Shown piece after piece: positions 10,221 through 24,000 of a DNA stretch of 64,000 bases. Position numbers and translations under genes: made by a program. The notes under the pieces are model-generated. The model saw only the letters and a program-made list of their open reading frames with translations. It was not told the DNA's origin and did not search any database. Source of the DNA: Auanema rhodensis (lineage: Eukaryota > Animalia > Nematoda); NCBI GenBank assembly GCA_964057225.1, contig OZ059897.1, forward strand, positions 3,410,001-3,474,000. The letters run 5' to 3'. The stretch's first letter is position 1; the number at the start of each line of letters is the position of its first letter.

Positions 10221-13200
10221 CATTCGATGCGGATTTTTAAGTTGCGTTGATCTGTGTTATCAGATTTGAGTTAGCTTAAAAATGCACCGAGATATCAACT
10301 GATATATGTTCACACTTATATCCTCGATTTTCACCCTGAAGAAATGATTTTTTCGTTGAAAAAACATTGTCCATCGTCTTTGCCTTGAAAAAAGGAATCT
10401 AAAAACATCTACTTTTTGTGAAATTATTCAGAAATTTTTCGGGAAAATTTTTGTCAAAATGTTTTTGGAAGCAATGTTGAGTGTACATGGGAACTCAACA
10501 TACACTAATGCATTATTTTTCAAACGATCATAACTTATTTTTGTATAGAGCGTTTCTCAATGTAGTATAGTGCATTCGATGCGGATTTTTAAGCTGCGTC
10601 GATCTGTGTTATCAGATTTGAGTTAACTTAAAAATGCACCGAGATATCAACTGATATAAGTTCACACTTATATCCTCGATTTTCACCCTGAAGAAATGAT
10701 TTTTTCGTTGAAAAACATTGTCCATCGTCTTCGTCATGAAAAAAGGAATCTAAAAACATATACTTTTTGTGAAATTATTCAGAAAATTTTCGGGAAAATT
10801 TTTGTCAAAATGTTTTTGGAAGCAATGTTGAGTGTACATGGGAACTCAACATACACTAATGCATTATTTTTCAAACGATCATAACTAATTTTTGTAAATA
10901 GCGTTTCTCAAGGTAGTATAGTGCATTCGATGCGGATTTTTAAGCTGCGTCGATCTGTGTTATCAGATTTGAGCTAGCTTAAAAATGCACCGAGATATCA
11001 ACTGATATATGTTCACACTTATATCCTTGATTTTCACCCTGAAGAAATGATTTTTTGGTTGAAAAACATTGTCCATCGTCTTCGTCTTGAAAAAAGGAAT
11101 CTAAAAACATCTACTTTTTGTGAAATTATTTAGAAATTTTTCGGGAAAATTTTTGTCAAAATGTTTTTGGAAGCAATGTTGAGTGTACATGGGAACTCAA
11201 CATACACTAATGCATTATTTTTCAAACGATCATAACTAATTTTTGTATAAAGCGTTTCTTAATGTAGTATAGTGCATTCGATGCGGATTTTTAAGCTGCG
11301 TCGATCTGTGTTATCAGATTTGAGTTAGCTTAAAAATGCACCGAGATATCAACAGATATATGTTCACACTTATATCCTCGATTTTCACCCTGAAGAAATG
11401 ATTTTTTCGTTGAAGAAACATTGTCCATCGTCTTTGCCTTGAAAAAAGGAATCTAAAAACATCTACTTTTTGTGAAATTATTTAGAAATTTTTCGGGAAA
11501 ATTTTTGTCAAAATGTTTTTGGAAGCAATGTTGAGTGTACATGGGAACTCAACATACACTAATGCATTATTTTTCAAACGATCATAACTAATTTTTGTAT
11601 AAAGCGTTTCTTAATGTAGTATAGTGCATTCGATGCGGATTTTTAAGCTGCGTCGATCTGTGTTATCAGATTTGAGTTAGCTTAAAAATGCACCGAGATA
11701 TCAACAGATATATGTTCACACTTATATCCTCGATTTTCACCCTGAAGAAATGATTTTTTCGTTGAAGAAACATTGTCCATCGTCTTTGCCTTGAAAAAAG
11801 GAATCTGAAAACATCTACTTTTTGTGAAATTATTTAGAAATTTTTCGGGAAAATTTTTGTCAAAATGTTTTTGGAAGCAATGTTGAGTGTACATGGGAAC
11901 TCAGCATACACTAATGCATTATTTTTCAAACGATAATAACTAATTTTTGTATAGAGCGTTTCTTAATGTAGTAAAGTGCATTCGATGCGGATTTTTAAGT
12001 GGCGTTGATCTTTGTTATCAGATTTGAGTTAGCTTAAAAATGCACCGAGATATCAACTGATATATGTTCACACTTATATCCTCGATTTTCACCCTGAAGA
12101 AATGATTTTTTCGTTGAATAACATTGTCCATCATCTTCGTCTTGAAAAAAGGAATCTAAAAACATCTACTTTTTGTGAAATTATTTAGAAATTTTTCGGG
12201 AAAATTTTTGTCAAAATGTTTTTGGAAGCAATGTTGAGTGTACATGGGAACTCAACATACACTAATGCATTATTTTTCAAACGATCATAACTAATTTTTG
12301 TAAATAGCGTTTCTCGATGTAGTATAGTGCATTCGATGCGGATTTTTAAGCTGCGTTGATCTGTGTTATCAGATTTGAGTTAACTTAAAAATGCACCGAG
12401 ATATCAACTGATATAGGTTCACACGTATATCCTCGATTTTCACCCTGAAGAAATGATTTTTTCGTTGAAAAACATTGTCCATCGTCTTCGTCATGAAAAA
12501 AGGAATCTAAAAACATCTACTTTTTGTGAAATTATTCAGAAAATTTTCGGGAAAATTTTTGTCAAAATGTTTTTGGAAGCAATGTTGAGTGTACATGGGA
12601 ACTCAACATACACTAATGCATTATTTTTCAAACGATCATAACTTATTTTTGTTTAGAGCGTTTCTCAATGTAGTATAGTGCATTCGATGCGGATTTTTAA
12701 GCTGCGTTGATCTGTGGTATCAGATTTGAGTTAGCTTAAAAATGCACCGAGATATCAACTGATATATGTTCACACTTATATCCTCGATTTTCACCCTGAA
12801 GAAATGATTTTTTCGTTGAAAAAACATTGTCCATCGTCTTTGCCTTGAAAAAAGGAATCTAAAAACATCTACTTTTTGTGAATTTATTCAGAAATTTTTC
12901 GGGAAAATTTTTGTCAAAATGTTTTTGGAAGCAATGTTGAGTGTACATGGGAACTCAGCATACACTAATGCATTATTTTTCAAACGATCATAACTTATTT
13001 TTGTATAGAGCTTTTCTTAATGTAGTATAGTGCATTCGATGCGGATTTTTAAGCTGCGTCGATCTGTGTTATCCGATTTGAGCTAGCTTAAAAATGCACC
13101 GAGATATCAACTGATATAGGTTCACACGTATATCCTCGATTTTCACCCTGAAGAAATGATTTTTTCGTTGAAAAACATTGTCCATCGTCTTCGTCATGAA

Positions 13201-16200
13201 AAAAGGAATCTAAAAACATCTACTTTTTGTGAAATTATTCAGAAAATTTTCGGGAAAATTTTTGTCAAAATGTTTTTGGAAGCAATGTTGAGTGTACATG
13301 GGAACTCAACATACACTAATGCATTATTTTTCAAACGATCATAACTTATTTTTGTATAGAGCGTTTCTCAATGTAGTATAGTGCATTCGATGCGGATTTT
13401 TAAGCTGCGTCGATCTGTGTTATCCGATTTGAGCTAGCTTGAAAATGTACCGAGATATCAACTGATATATGTTCACACTTATATCCTCGATTTTCACCCT
13501 GAAGAATTTATTTTTTCGTTGAATAACATTGTCCATCGTCTTCGCCTTGAAAGAAGGAATCTAAAAACATCTACTTTTTGTGAAATTATTTAGAAATTTT
13601 TCGGGAAAATTTTTGTCAAAATGTTTTTGGAAGCAATGTTGAGTGTACATGGGAACTCAGCATACACTAATGCATTATTTTTCAAACGATAATAACTAAT
13701 TTTTGTATAGAGCGTTTCTTAATGTAGTAAAGTGCATTCGATGCGGATTTTTAAGAGATATCAACTGATATATGTTCACACTTATATCCTCGATTTTCAC
13801 CCTGAAGAAATGATTTTTTCGTTGAAGAAACATTGTCCATCGTCTTTGCCTTGAAAAAAGGAATCTAAAAACATCTACTTTTTGTGAAATTATTTAGAAA
13901 TTTTTCGGGAAAATTTTTGTCAAAATGTTTTTGGAAGCAATGTTGAGTGTACATGGGAACTCAACATACACTAATGCATTATTTTTCAAACGATCATAAC
14001 TTATTTTTGTATAGAGCGTTTCTCAATGTAGTATAGTGCATTCGATGCGGATTTTTAAGCTGCGTCGATCTGTGTTATCCGATTTGAGCTAGCTTGAAAA
14101 TGTACCGAGATATCAACTGATATATGTTCACACTTATATCCTCGATTTTTCGATTTTCACCCTGAAGAATTTATTTTTTCGATGAATAACATTGTCCATC
14201 GTCTTCGCCTTGAAAGAAGGAATCTAAAAACATCTACTTTTTGTGAAATTATTTAGAAATTTTTCGGGAAAATTTTTGTCAAAATGTTTTTGGAAGCAAT
14301 GTTGAGTGTACATGGGAACTCAGCATACACTAATGCATTATTTTTCAAACGATAATAACTAATTTTTGTATAGAGCGTTTCTTAATGTAGTAAAGTGCAT
14401 TCGATGCGGATTTTTAAGAGATATCAACTGATATATGTTCACACTTATATCCTCGATTTTCACCCTGAAGAAATGATTTTTTCGATGAAAAAACATTGTC
14501 CATCGTCTTTGCCTTGAAAAAAGGAATCTAAAAACATCTACTTTTTGTGAAATTATTCAGAAATTTTTCGGGAAAATTTTTGTCAAAATGTTTTTGGAAG
14601 CAATGTTGAGTGTACATGGGAACTCAACATACACTAATGCATTATTTTTCAAACGATCATAACTTATTTTTGTATAGAGCGTTTCTCAATGTAGCAAAGT
14701 GCATTCGATGCGGTTTTTTAAGCTGCGTCGATCTGTGTTATCCGATTTGAGCTAGCTTGAAAATGTACCGAGATATCAACTGATATATGTTCACACTTAT
14801 ATCCTCGATTTTCACCCTGAAGAATTTATTTTTTCGTTGAATAACATTGTCCATCGTCTTCTCCTTGAAAGAAGGAATCTAAAAACATCTACTTTTTGTG
14901 AAATTATTTAGAAATTTTTCGGGAAAATTTTTGTCAAAATGTTTTTGGAAGCAATGTTGAGTGTACATGGGAACTCAGCATACACTAATGCATTATTTTT
15001 CAAACGATAATAACTAATTTTTGTATAGAGCGTTCCTTAATGTAGTAAAGTGCATTCGATGCGGATTTTTAAGTTGCGTTGATCTTTGTTATCAGATTTG
15101 AGTTAGCTTAAAAATGCACCGAGATATCAACTGATATATGTTCACACTTGTATCCTCGATTTTCACCCTGAAGAAATGATTTTTTTGTTGAAAAACATTG
15201 TCCATCGTCTTCGTCATGAAAAAAGGAATCTAAAAACATCTACTTTTTGTGAAATTATTCAGAAAATTTTCGGGAAAATTTTTGTCAAAATGTTTTTGGA
15301 AGCAATGTTGAGTGTACATGGGAACTCAACATACACTAATGCATTATTTTTCAAACGATCATAACTTATTTTTGTATAGAGCGTTTCTCAATGTAGTATA
15401 GTGCATTCGATGCGGATTTTTAAGCTGCGTCGATCTGTGTTATCCGATTTGAGCTAGCTTGAAAATGTACCGAGATATCAACTGATATATGTTCACACTT
15501 ATATCCTCGATTTTCACCCTGAAGAATTTATTTTTTCGTTGAATAACATTGTCCATCGTCTTCGCCTTGAAAGAAGGAATCTAAAAACATCTACTTTTTG
15601 TGAAATTATTTATAAATTTTTCGGGAAAATTTTTGTCAAAATGTTTTTGGAAGCAATGTTGAGTGTACATGGGAACTCAGCATACACTAATGCATTATTT
15701 TTCAAACGATAATAACTAATTTTTGTATAGAGCGTTTCTTAATGTAGTAAAGTGCATTCGATGCGGATTTTTAAGTTGCGTTGATCTGTGTTATCAGATT
15801 TGAGTTAGCTTAAAAATGCACCGAGATATCAACTGATATATGTTCACACTTATATCCTCGATTTTCACCCTGAAGAAATGATTTTTTCGTTGAAAAAACA
15901 TTGTCCATCGTCTTTGCCTTGAAAAAAGGAATCTAAAAACATCTACTTTTTGTGAAATTATTCAGAAATTTTTCGGGAAAATTTTTGTCAAAATGTTTTT
16001 GGAAGCAATGTTGAGTGTACATGGGAACTCAACATACACTAATGCATTATTTTTCAAACGATCATAACTTATTTTTGTATAGAGCGTTTCTCAATGTAGT
16101 ATAGTGCATTCGATGCGGATTTTTAAGCTGCGTCGATCTGTGTTATCAGATTTGAGTTAACTTAAAAATGCACCGAGATATCAACTGATATAAGTTCACA

Positions 16201-18640
16201 CTTATATCCTCGATTTTCACCCTGAAGAAATGATTTTTTCGTTGAAAAACATTGTCCATCGTCTTCGTCATGAAAAAAGGAATCTAAAAACATATACTTT
16301 TTGTGAAATTATTCAGAAAATTTTCGGGAAAATTTTTGTCAAAATGTTTTTGGAAGCAATGTTGAGTGTACATGGGAACTCAACATACACTAATGCATTA
16401 TTTTTCAAACGATCATAACTAATTTTTGTAAATAGCGTTTCTCAAGGTAGTATAGTGCATTCGATGCGGATTTTTAAGCTGCGTCGATCTGTGTTATCAG
16501 ATTTGAGCTAGCTTAAAAATGCACCGAGATATCAACTGATATATGTTCACACTTATATCCTTGATTTTCACCCTGAAGAAATGATTTTTTGGTTGAAAAA
16601 CATTGTCCATCGTCTTCGTCATGAAAAAAGGAATCTAAAAACATATACTTTTTGTGAAATTATTCAGAAAATTTTCGGGAAAATTTTTGTCAAAATGTTT
16701 TTGGAAGCAATGTTGAGTGTACATGGGAACTCAACATACACTAATGCATTATTTTTCAAACGATCATAACTAATTTTTGTATAAAGCGTTTCTTAATGTA
16801 GTATAGTGCATTCGATGCGGATTTTTAAGCTGCGTCGATCTGTGTTATCAGATTTGAGTTAGCTTAAAAATGCACCGAGATATCAACAGATATATGTTCA
16901 CACTTATATCCTCGATTTTCACCCTGAAGAAATGATTTTTTCGTTGAAGAAACATTGTCCATCGTCTTTGCCTTGAAAAAAGGAATCTAAAAACATCTAC
17001 TTTTTGTGAAATTATTTAGAAATTTTTCGGGAAAATTTTTGTCAAAATGTTTTTGGAAGCAATGTTGAGTGTACATGGGAACTCAACATACACTAATGCA
17101 TTATTTTTCAAACGATCATAACTAATTTTTGTATAAAGCGTTTCTTAATGTAGTATAGTGCATTCGATGCGGATTTTTAAGCTGCGTCGATCTGTGTTAT
17201 CAGATTTGAGTTAGCTTAAAAATGCACCGAGATATCAACAGATATATGTTCACACTTATATCCTCGATTTTCACCCTGAAGAAATGATTTTTTCGTTGAA
17301 GAAACATTGTCCATCGTCTTTGCCTTGAAAAAAGGAATCTGAAAACATCTACTTTTTGTGAAATTATTTAGAAATTTTTCGGGAAAATTTTTGTCAAAAT
17401 GTTTTTGGAAGCAATGTTGAGTGTACATGGGAACTCAGCATACACTAATGCATTATTTTTCAAACGATAATAACTAATTTTTGTATAGAGCGTTTCTTAA
17501 TGTAGTAAAGTGCATTCGATGCGGATTTTTAAGTGGCGTTGATCTTTGTTATCAGATTTGAGTTAGCTTAAAAATGCACCGAGATATCAACTGATATATG
17601 TTCACACTTATATCCTCGATTTTCACCCTGAAGAAATGATTTTTTCGTTGAATAACATTGTCCATCATCTTCGTCTTGAAAAAAGGAATCTAAAAACATC
17701 TACTTTTTGTGAAATTATTTAGAAATTTTTCGGGAAAATTTTTGTCAAAATGTTTTTGGAAGCAATGTTGAGTGTACATGGGAACTCAACATACACTAAT
17801 GCATTATTTTTCAAACGATCATAACTAATTTTTGTAAATAGCGTTTCTCGATGTAGTATAGTGCATTCGATGCGGATTTTTAAGCTGCGTTGATCTGTGT
17901 TATCAGATTTGAGTTAACTTAAAAATGCACCGAGATATCAACTGATATAGGTTCACACGTATATCCTCGATTTTCACCCTGAAGAAATGATTTTTTCGTT
18001 GAAAAACATTGTCCATCGTCTTCGTCATGAAAAAAGGAATCTGAAAACATCTACTTTTTGTGAAATTATTCAGAAAATTTTCGGGAAAATTTTTGTCAAA
18101 ATGTTTTTGGAAGCAATGTTGAGTGTACATGGGAACTCAACATACACTAATGCATTATTTTTCAAACGATCATAACTTATTTTTGTTTAGAGCGTTTCTC
18201 AATGTAGTATAGTGCATTCGATGCGGATTTTTAAGCTGCGTTGATCTGTGGTATCAGATTTGAGTTAGCTTAAAAATGCACCGAGATATCAACTGATATA
18301 TGTTCACACTTATATCCTCGATTTTCACCCTGAAGAAATGATTTTTTCGTTGAAAAAACATTGTCCATCGTCTTTGCCTTGAAAAAAGGAATCTAAAAAC
18401 ATCTACTTTTTGTGAATTCATTCAGAAATTTTTCGGGAAAATTTTTGTCAAAATGTTTTTGGAAGCAATGTTGAGTGTACATGGGAACTCAGCATACACT
18501 AATGCATTATTTTTCAAACGATCATAACTTATTTTTGTATAGAGCTTTTCTCAATGTAGTATAGTGCATTCGATGCGGATTTTTAAGCTGCGTCGATCTG
18601 TGTTATCCGATTTGAGCTAGCTTAAAAATGCACCGAGATA
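7622..18640 (+). repeat. Tandem 16-monomer higher-order duplication, unit 5534 bp
   Basis: ORF pairs 7622/13156, 9642/15176, 10696/16230, 11682/17216 and 12453/17987 are offset by 5534, as are deletion junctions 8221/13755 and 8884/14418. Boundaries are approximate. Confidence 0.92.
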
Positions 18641-21600
18641 TCAACTGATATATGTTCACACTTATATCCTCGATTTTCACCCTGAAGAAATGATTTTTTG
18701 GTTGAAAAATATTGTCCATCGTCTTCGTCTTGAAAAAAGGAATCTAAAAACATCTACTTTTCGTGAAATTATCTAGAAATTTTTCAGGAAAATTTTTGTC
18801 AAAATGTTTTTGGAAGCAATGTTGAGTGTACATGGGAACTCAACATACACTAATGCATTATTTTTCAAACGATCATAACTAATTTTTGTATAAAGCGTTT
18901 CTTAATGTAGTATAGTGCATTCGATGCGGATTTTTAAGCTGCGTCGATCTGTGTTATCAGATTTGAGTTAGCTTAAAAATGCACCGAGATATCAACTGAT
19001 ATATGTTCACACTTATATCCTCGATTTTCACCCTGAAGAAATGATTTTTTCGTTGAAAAAACATTGTCCATCGTCTTTGCCTTAAAAAAAGGAATCTAAA
19101 AACATCTACTTTTTGTGAAATTATTTAGAAATTTTTCGGGAAAATTTTTGTCAAAATGTTTTTGGAAGCAATGTTGAGTGTACATGGGAACTCAACATAC
19201 ACTAATGCATTATTTTTCAAACGATCTAAACTAATTTTTGTATAAAGCGTTTCTTAATGTAGTATAGTGCATTCGATGCGGATTTTTAAGCTGCGTCGAT
19301 CTGTGTTATCAGATTTGAGTTAGCTTAAAAATGCACCGAGATATCAACTGATATATGTTCACACTTATATCCTCGATTTTCACCCTGAAGAAATGATTTT
19401 TTCGTTGAAAAAACATTGTCCATCGTCTTTGCCTTAAAAAAAGGAATCTAAAAACATCTACTTTTTGTGAAATTATTTAGAAATTTTTCGGGAAAATTTT
19501 TGTCAAAATGTTTTTGGAAGCAATGTTGAGTGTACATGGGAACTCAACATACACTAATGCATTATTTTTCAAACGATCATAACTTATTTTTGTATAGAGC
19601 GTTTCTCAATGTAGTATAGTGCATTCGATGCGGATTTTTAAGCTGCGTCGATCTGTGTTATCCGATTTGAGCTAGCTTGAAAATGTACCGAGATATCAAC
19701 TGATATATGTTCACACTTATATCCTCGATTTTCACCCTGAAGAATTTATTTTTTCGTTGAATAACATTGTCCATCGTCTTCTCCTTGAAAGAAGGAATCT
19801 AAAAACATCTACTTTTTGTGAAATTATTTAGAAATTTTTCGGGAAAATTTTTGTCAAAATGTTTTTGGAAGCAATGTTGAGTGTACATGGGAACTCAGCA
19901 TACACTAATGCATTATTTTTCAAACGATAATAACTAATTTTTGTATAGAGCGTTTCTTAATGTAGTAAAGTGCATTCGATGCGGATTTTTAAGAGATATC
20001 AACTGATATATGTTCACACTTATATCTTCGATTTTCACCCTGAAGAAATGATTTTTTCGTTGAAAAAACATTGTCCATCGTCTTTGCCTTGAAAAAAGGA
20101 ATCTAAAAACATCTACTTTTTGTGAAATTATTCAGAAATTTTTCGGGAAAATTTTTGTCAAAATGTTTTTGGAAGCAATGTTGAGTGTACATGGGAACTC
20201 AACATACACTAATGCATTATTTTTCAAACGATCATAACTTATTTTTGTATAGAGCGTTTCTCAATGTAGTAAAGTGCATTCGATGCGGATTTTTAAGCTG
20301 CGTCGATCTGTGTTATCCGATTTGAGCTAGCTTGAAAATGTACCGAGATATCAACTGATATATGTTCACACTTATATCCTCGATTTTCACCCTGAAGAAT
20401 TTATTTTTTCGTTGAATAACATTGTCCATCGTCTTCTCCTTGAAAGAAGGAATCTAAAAACATCTACTTTTTGTGAAATTATTTAGAAATTTTTCGGGAA
20501 AATTTTTGTCAAAATGTTTTTGGAAGCAATGTTGAGTGTACATGGGAACTCAGCATACACTAATGCATTATTTTTCAAACGATAATAACTAATTTTTGTA
20601 TAGAGCGTTTCTTAATGTAGTAAAGTGCATTCGATGCGGATTTTTAAGTTGCGTTGATCTTTGTTATCAGATTTGAGTTAGCTTAAAAATGCACCGAGAT
20701 ATCAACTGATATATGTTCACACTTATATCCTTGATTTTCACCCTGAAGAAATGATTTTTTGGTTGAAAAACATTGTCCATCGTCTTCGTCTTGAAAAAAG
20801 GAATCTAAAAACATCTACTTTTTGTGAAATTATTTAGAAATTTTTCGGGAAAATTTTTGTCAAAATGTTTTTGGAAGCAATGTTGAGTGTACATGGGAAC
20901 TCAACATACACTAATGCATTATTTTTCAAACGATCATAACTAATTTTTGTATAAAGCGTTTCTTAATGTAGTATAGTGCATTCGATGCGGATTTTTAAGC
21001 TGCGTCGATCTGTGTTATCAGATTTGAGTTAGCTTAAAAATGCACCGAGATATCAACAGATATATGTTCACACTTATATCCTCGATTTTCACCCTGAAGA
21101 AATGATTTTTTCGTTGAAGAAACATTGTCCATCGTCTTTGCCTTGAAAAAAGGAATCTAAAAACATCTACTTTTTGTGAAATTATTTAGAAATTTTTTGG
21201 GAAAATTTTTGTCAAAATGTTTTTGGAAGCAATGTTGAGTGTACATGGGAACTCAACATACACTAATGCATTATTTTTCAAACGATAATAACTAATTTTT
21301 GTATAGAGCGTTTCTTAATGTAGTAAAGTGCATTCGATGCGGATTTTTAAGAGATATCAACTGATATATGTTCACACTTATATCCTCGATTTTCACCCTG
21401 AAGAAATGATTTTTTCGTTGAAAAAACATTGTCCATCGTCTTTGCCTTGAAAAAAGGAATCTAAAAACATCTACTTTTTGTGAAATTATTTAGAAATTTT
21501 TCGGGAAAATTTTTGTCAAAATGTTTTTGGAAGCAATGTTGAGTGTACATGGGAACTCAACATACACTAATGCATTATTTTTCAAACGATCATAACTAAT

Positions 21601-22079
21601 TTTTGTATAAAGCGTTTCTTAATGTAGTATAGTGCATTCGATGCGGATTTTTAAGCTGCGTCGATCTGTGTTATCAGATTTGAGTTAGCTTAAAAATGCA
21701 CCGAGATATCAACAGATATATGTTCACACTTATATCCTCGATTTTCACCCTGAAGAAATGATTTTTTCGTTGAAGAAACATTGTCCATCGTCTTTGCCTT
21801 GAAAAAAGGAATCTAAAAACATCTACTTTTTGTGAAATTATTTAGAAATTTTTCGGGAAAATTTTTGTCAAAATGTTTTTGGAAGCAATGTTGAGTGTAC
21901 ATGGGAACTCAGCATACACTAATGCATTATTTTTCAAACGATAATAACTAATTTTTGTATAGAGCGTTTCTTAATGTAGTAAAGTGCATTCGATGCGGAT
22001 TTTTAAGTGGCGTTGATCTTTGTTATCAGATTTGAGTTAGCTTAAAAATGCACCGAGATATCAACTGATATATGTTCAC

Positions 22080-24000
22080 ACTTATATCCTTGATTTTCAC
22101 CCTGAAGAAATGATTTTTTGGTTGAAAAACATTGTCCATCGTCTTCGTCTTGAAAAAAGGAATCTAAAAACATCTACTTTTTGTGAAATTATTTAGAAAT
22201 TTTTCGGGAAAATTTTTGTCAAAATGTTTTTGGAAGCAATGTTGAGTGTACATGGGAACTCAGCATACACTAATGCATTATTTTTCAAACGATAATAACT
22301 AATTTTTGTATAGAGCGTTTCTTAATGTAGTAAAGTGCATTCGATGCGGAGTTTTAAGTTGCGTTGATCTTTGTTATCAGATTTGAGTTAGCTTAAAAAT
22401 ACACCGAGATATCAACTGATATATGTTCACACTTATATCCTTGATTTTCACCCTGAAGAAATGATTTTTTGGTTGAAAAACATTGTCCATCGTCTTCGTC
22501 TTGAAAAAAGGAATCTAAAAACATCTACTTTTTGTGAAATTATTTAGAAATTTTTCGGGAAAATTTTTGTCAAAATGTTTTTGGAAGCAATGTTGAGTGT
22601 ACATGGGAACTCAGCATACACTAATGCATTATTTTTCAAACGATAATAACTAATTTTTGTATAGAGCGTTTCTTAATGTAGTAAAGTGCATTCGATGCGG
22701 ATTTTTAAGTTGCGTTGATCTTTGTTATCAGATTTGAGTTAGCTTAAAAATGCACCGAGATATCAACTGATATATGTTCACACTTATATCCTTGATTTTC
22801 ACCCTGAAGAAATGATTTTTTGGTTGAAAAACATTGTCCATCGTCTTCGTCTTGAAAAAAGGAATCTAAAAACATCTACTTTTTGTGAAATTATTTAGAA
22901 ATTTTTCGGGAAAATTTTTGTCAAAATGTTTTTGGAAGCAATGTTGAGTGTACATGGGAACTCAGCATACACTAATGCATTATTTTTCAAACGATAATAA
23001 CTAATTTTTGTATAGAGCGTTTCTTAATGTAGTAAAGTGCATTCGATGCGGATTTTTAAGTTGCGTTGATCTTTGTTATCAGATTTGAGTTAGCTTAAAA
23101 ATGCACCGAGATATCAACTGATATATGTTCACACTTATATCCTTGATTTTCACCCTGAAGAAATGATTTTTTGGTTGAAAAACATTGTCCATCGTCTTCG
23201 TCTTGAAAAAAGGAATCTAAAAACATCTACTTTTTGTGAAATTATTTAGAAATTTTTCGGGAAAATTTTTGTCAAAATGTTTTTGGAAGCAATGTTGAGT
23301 GTACATGGGAACTCAACATACACTAATGCATTATTTTTCAAACGATCATAACTAATTTTTGTATAGAGCGTTTCTTAATGTAGTAAAGTGCATTCGATGC
23401 GGATTTTTAAGTTGCGTTGATCTTTGTTATCAGATTTGAGTTAGCTTAAAAATGCACCGAGATATCAACTGATATATGTTCACACTTATATCCTTGATTT
23501 TCACCCTGAAGAAATGATTTTTTGGTTGAAAAACATTGTCCATCGTCTTCGTCTTGAAAAAAGGAATCTAAAAACATCTACTTTTTGTGAAATTATTTAG
23601 AAATTTTTCGGGAAAATTTTTGTCAAAATGTTTTTGGAAGCAATGTTGAGTGTACATGGGAACTCAGCATACACTAATGCATTATTTTTCAAACGATAAT
23701 AACTAATTTTTGTATAGAGCGTTTCTTAATGTAGTAAAGTGCATTCGATGCGGATTTTTAAGTTGCGTTGATCTTTGTTATCAGATTTGAGTTAGCTTAA
23801 AAATGCACCGAGATATCAACTGATATATGTTCACACTTATATCCTTGATTTTCACCCTGAAGAAATGATTTTTTGGTTGAAAAACATTGTCCATCGTCTT
23901 CGTCTTGAAAAAAGGAATCTAAAAACATCTACTTTTTGTGAAATTATTTAGAAATTTTTCGGGAAAATTTTTGTCAAAATGTTTTTGGAAGCAATGTTGA
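22080..24000 (+). repeat. Run of six near-identical consecutive 351-bp monomers (CCTTGATT / TTTTTGGTTG type)
   Basis: The CCTTGATTTTC...TTTTTTGGTTG haplotype occurs at about 22089, 22440, 22790, 23141, 23492 and 23843, with period 351. Confidence 0.88.

Noticed and set aside
11682-18130. Minus-strand 70-75 aa ORFs
   Set aside because: They are opened only by the rare CTGAAAAC SNP that removes a minus-strand TAG in three copies. There is no evidence of coding function.
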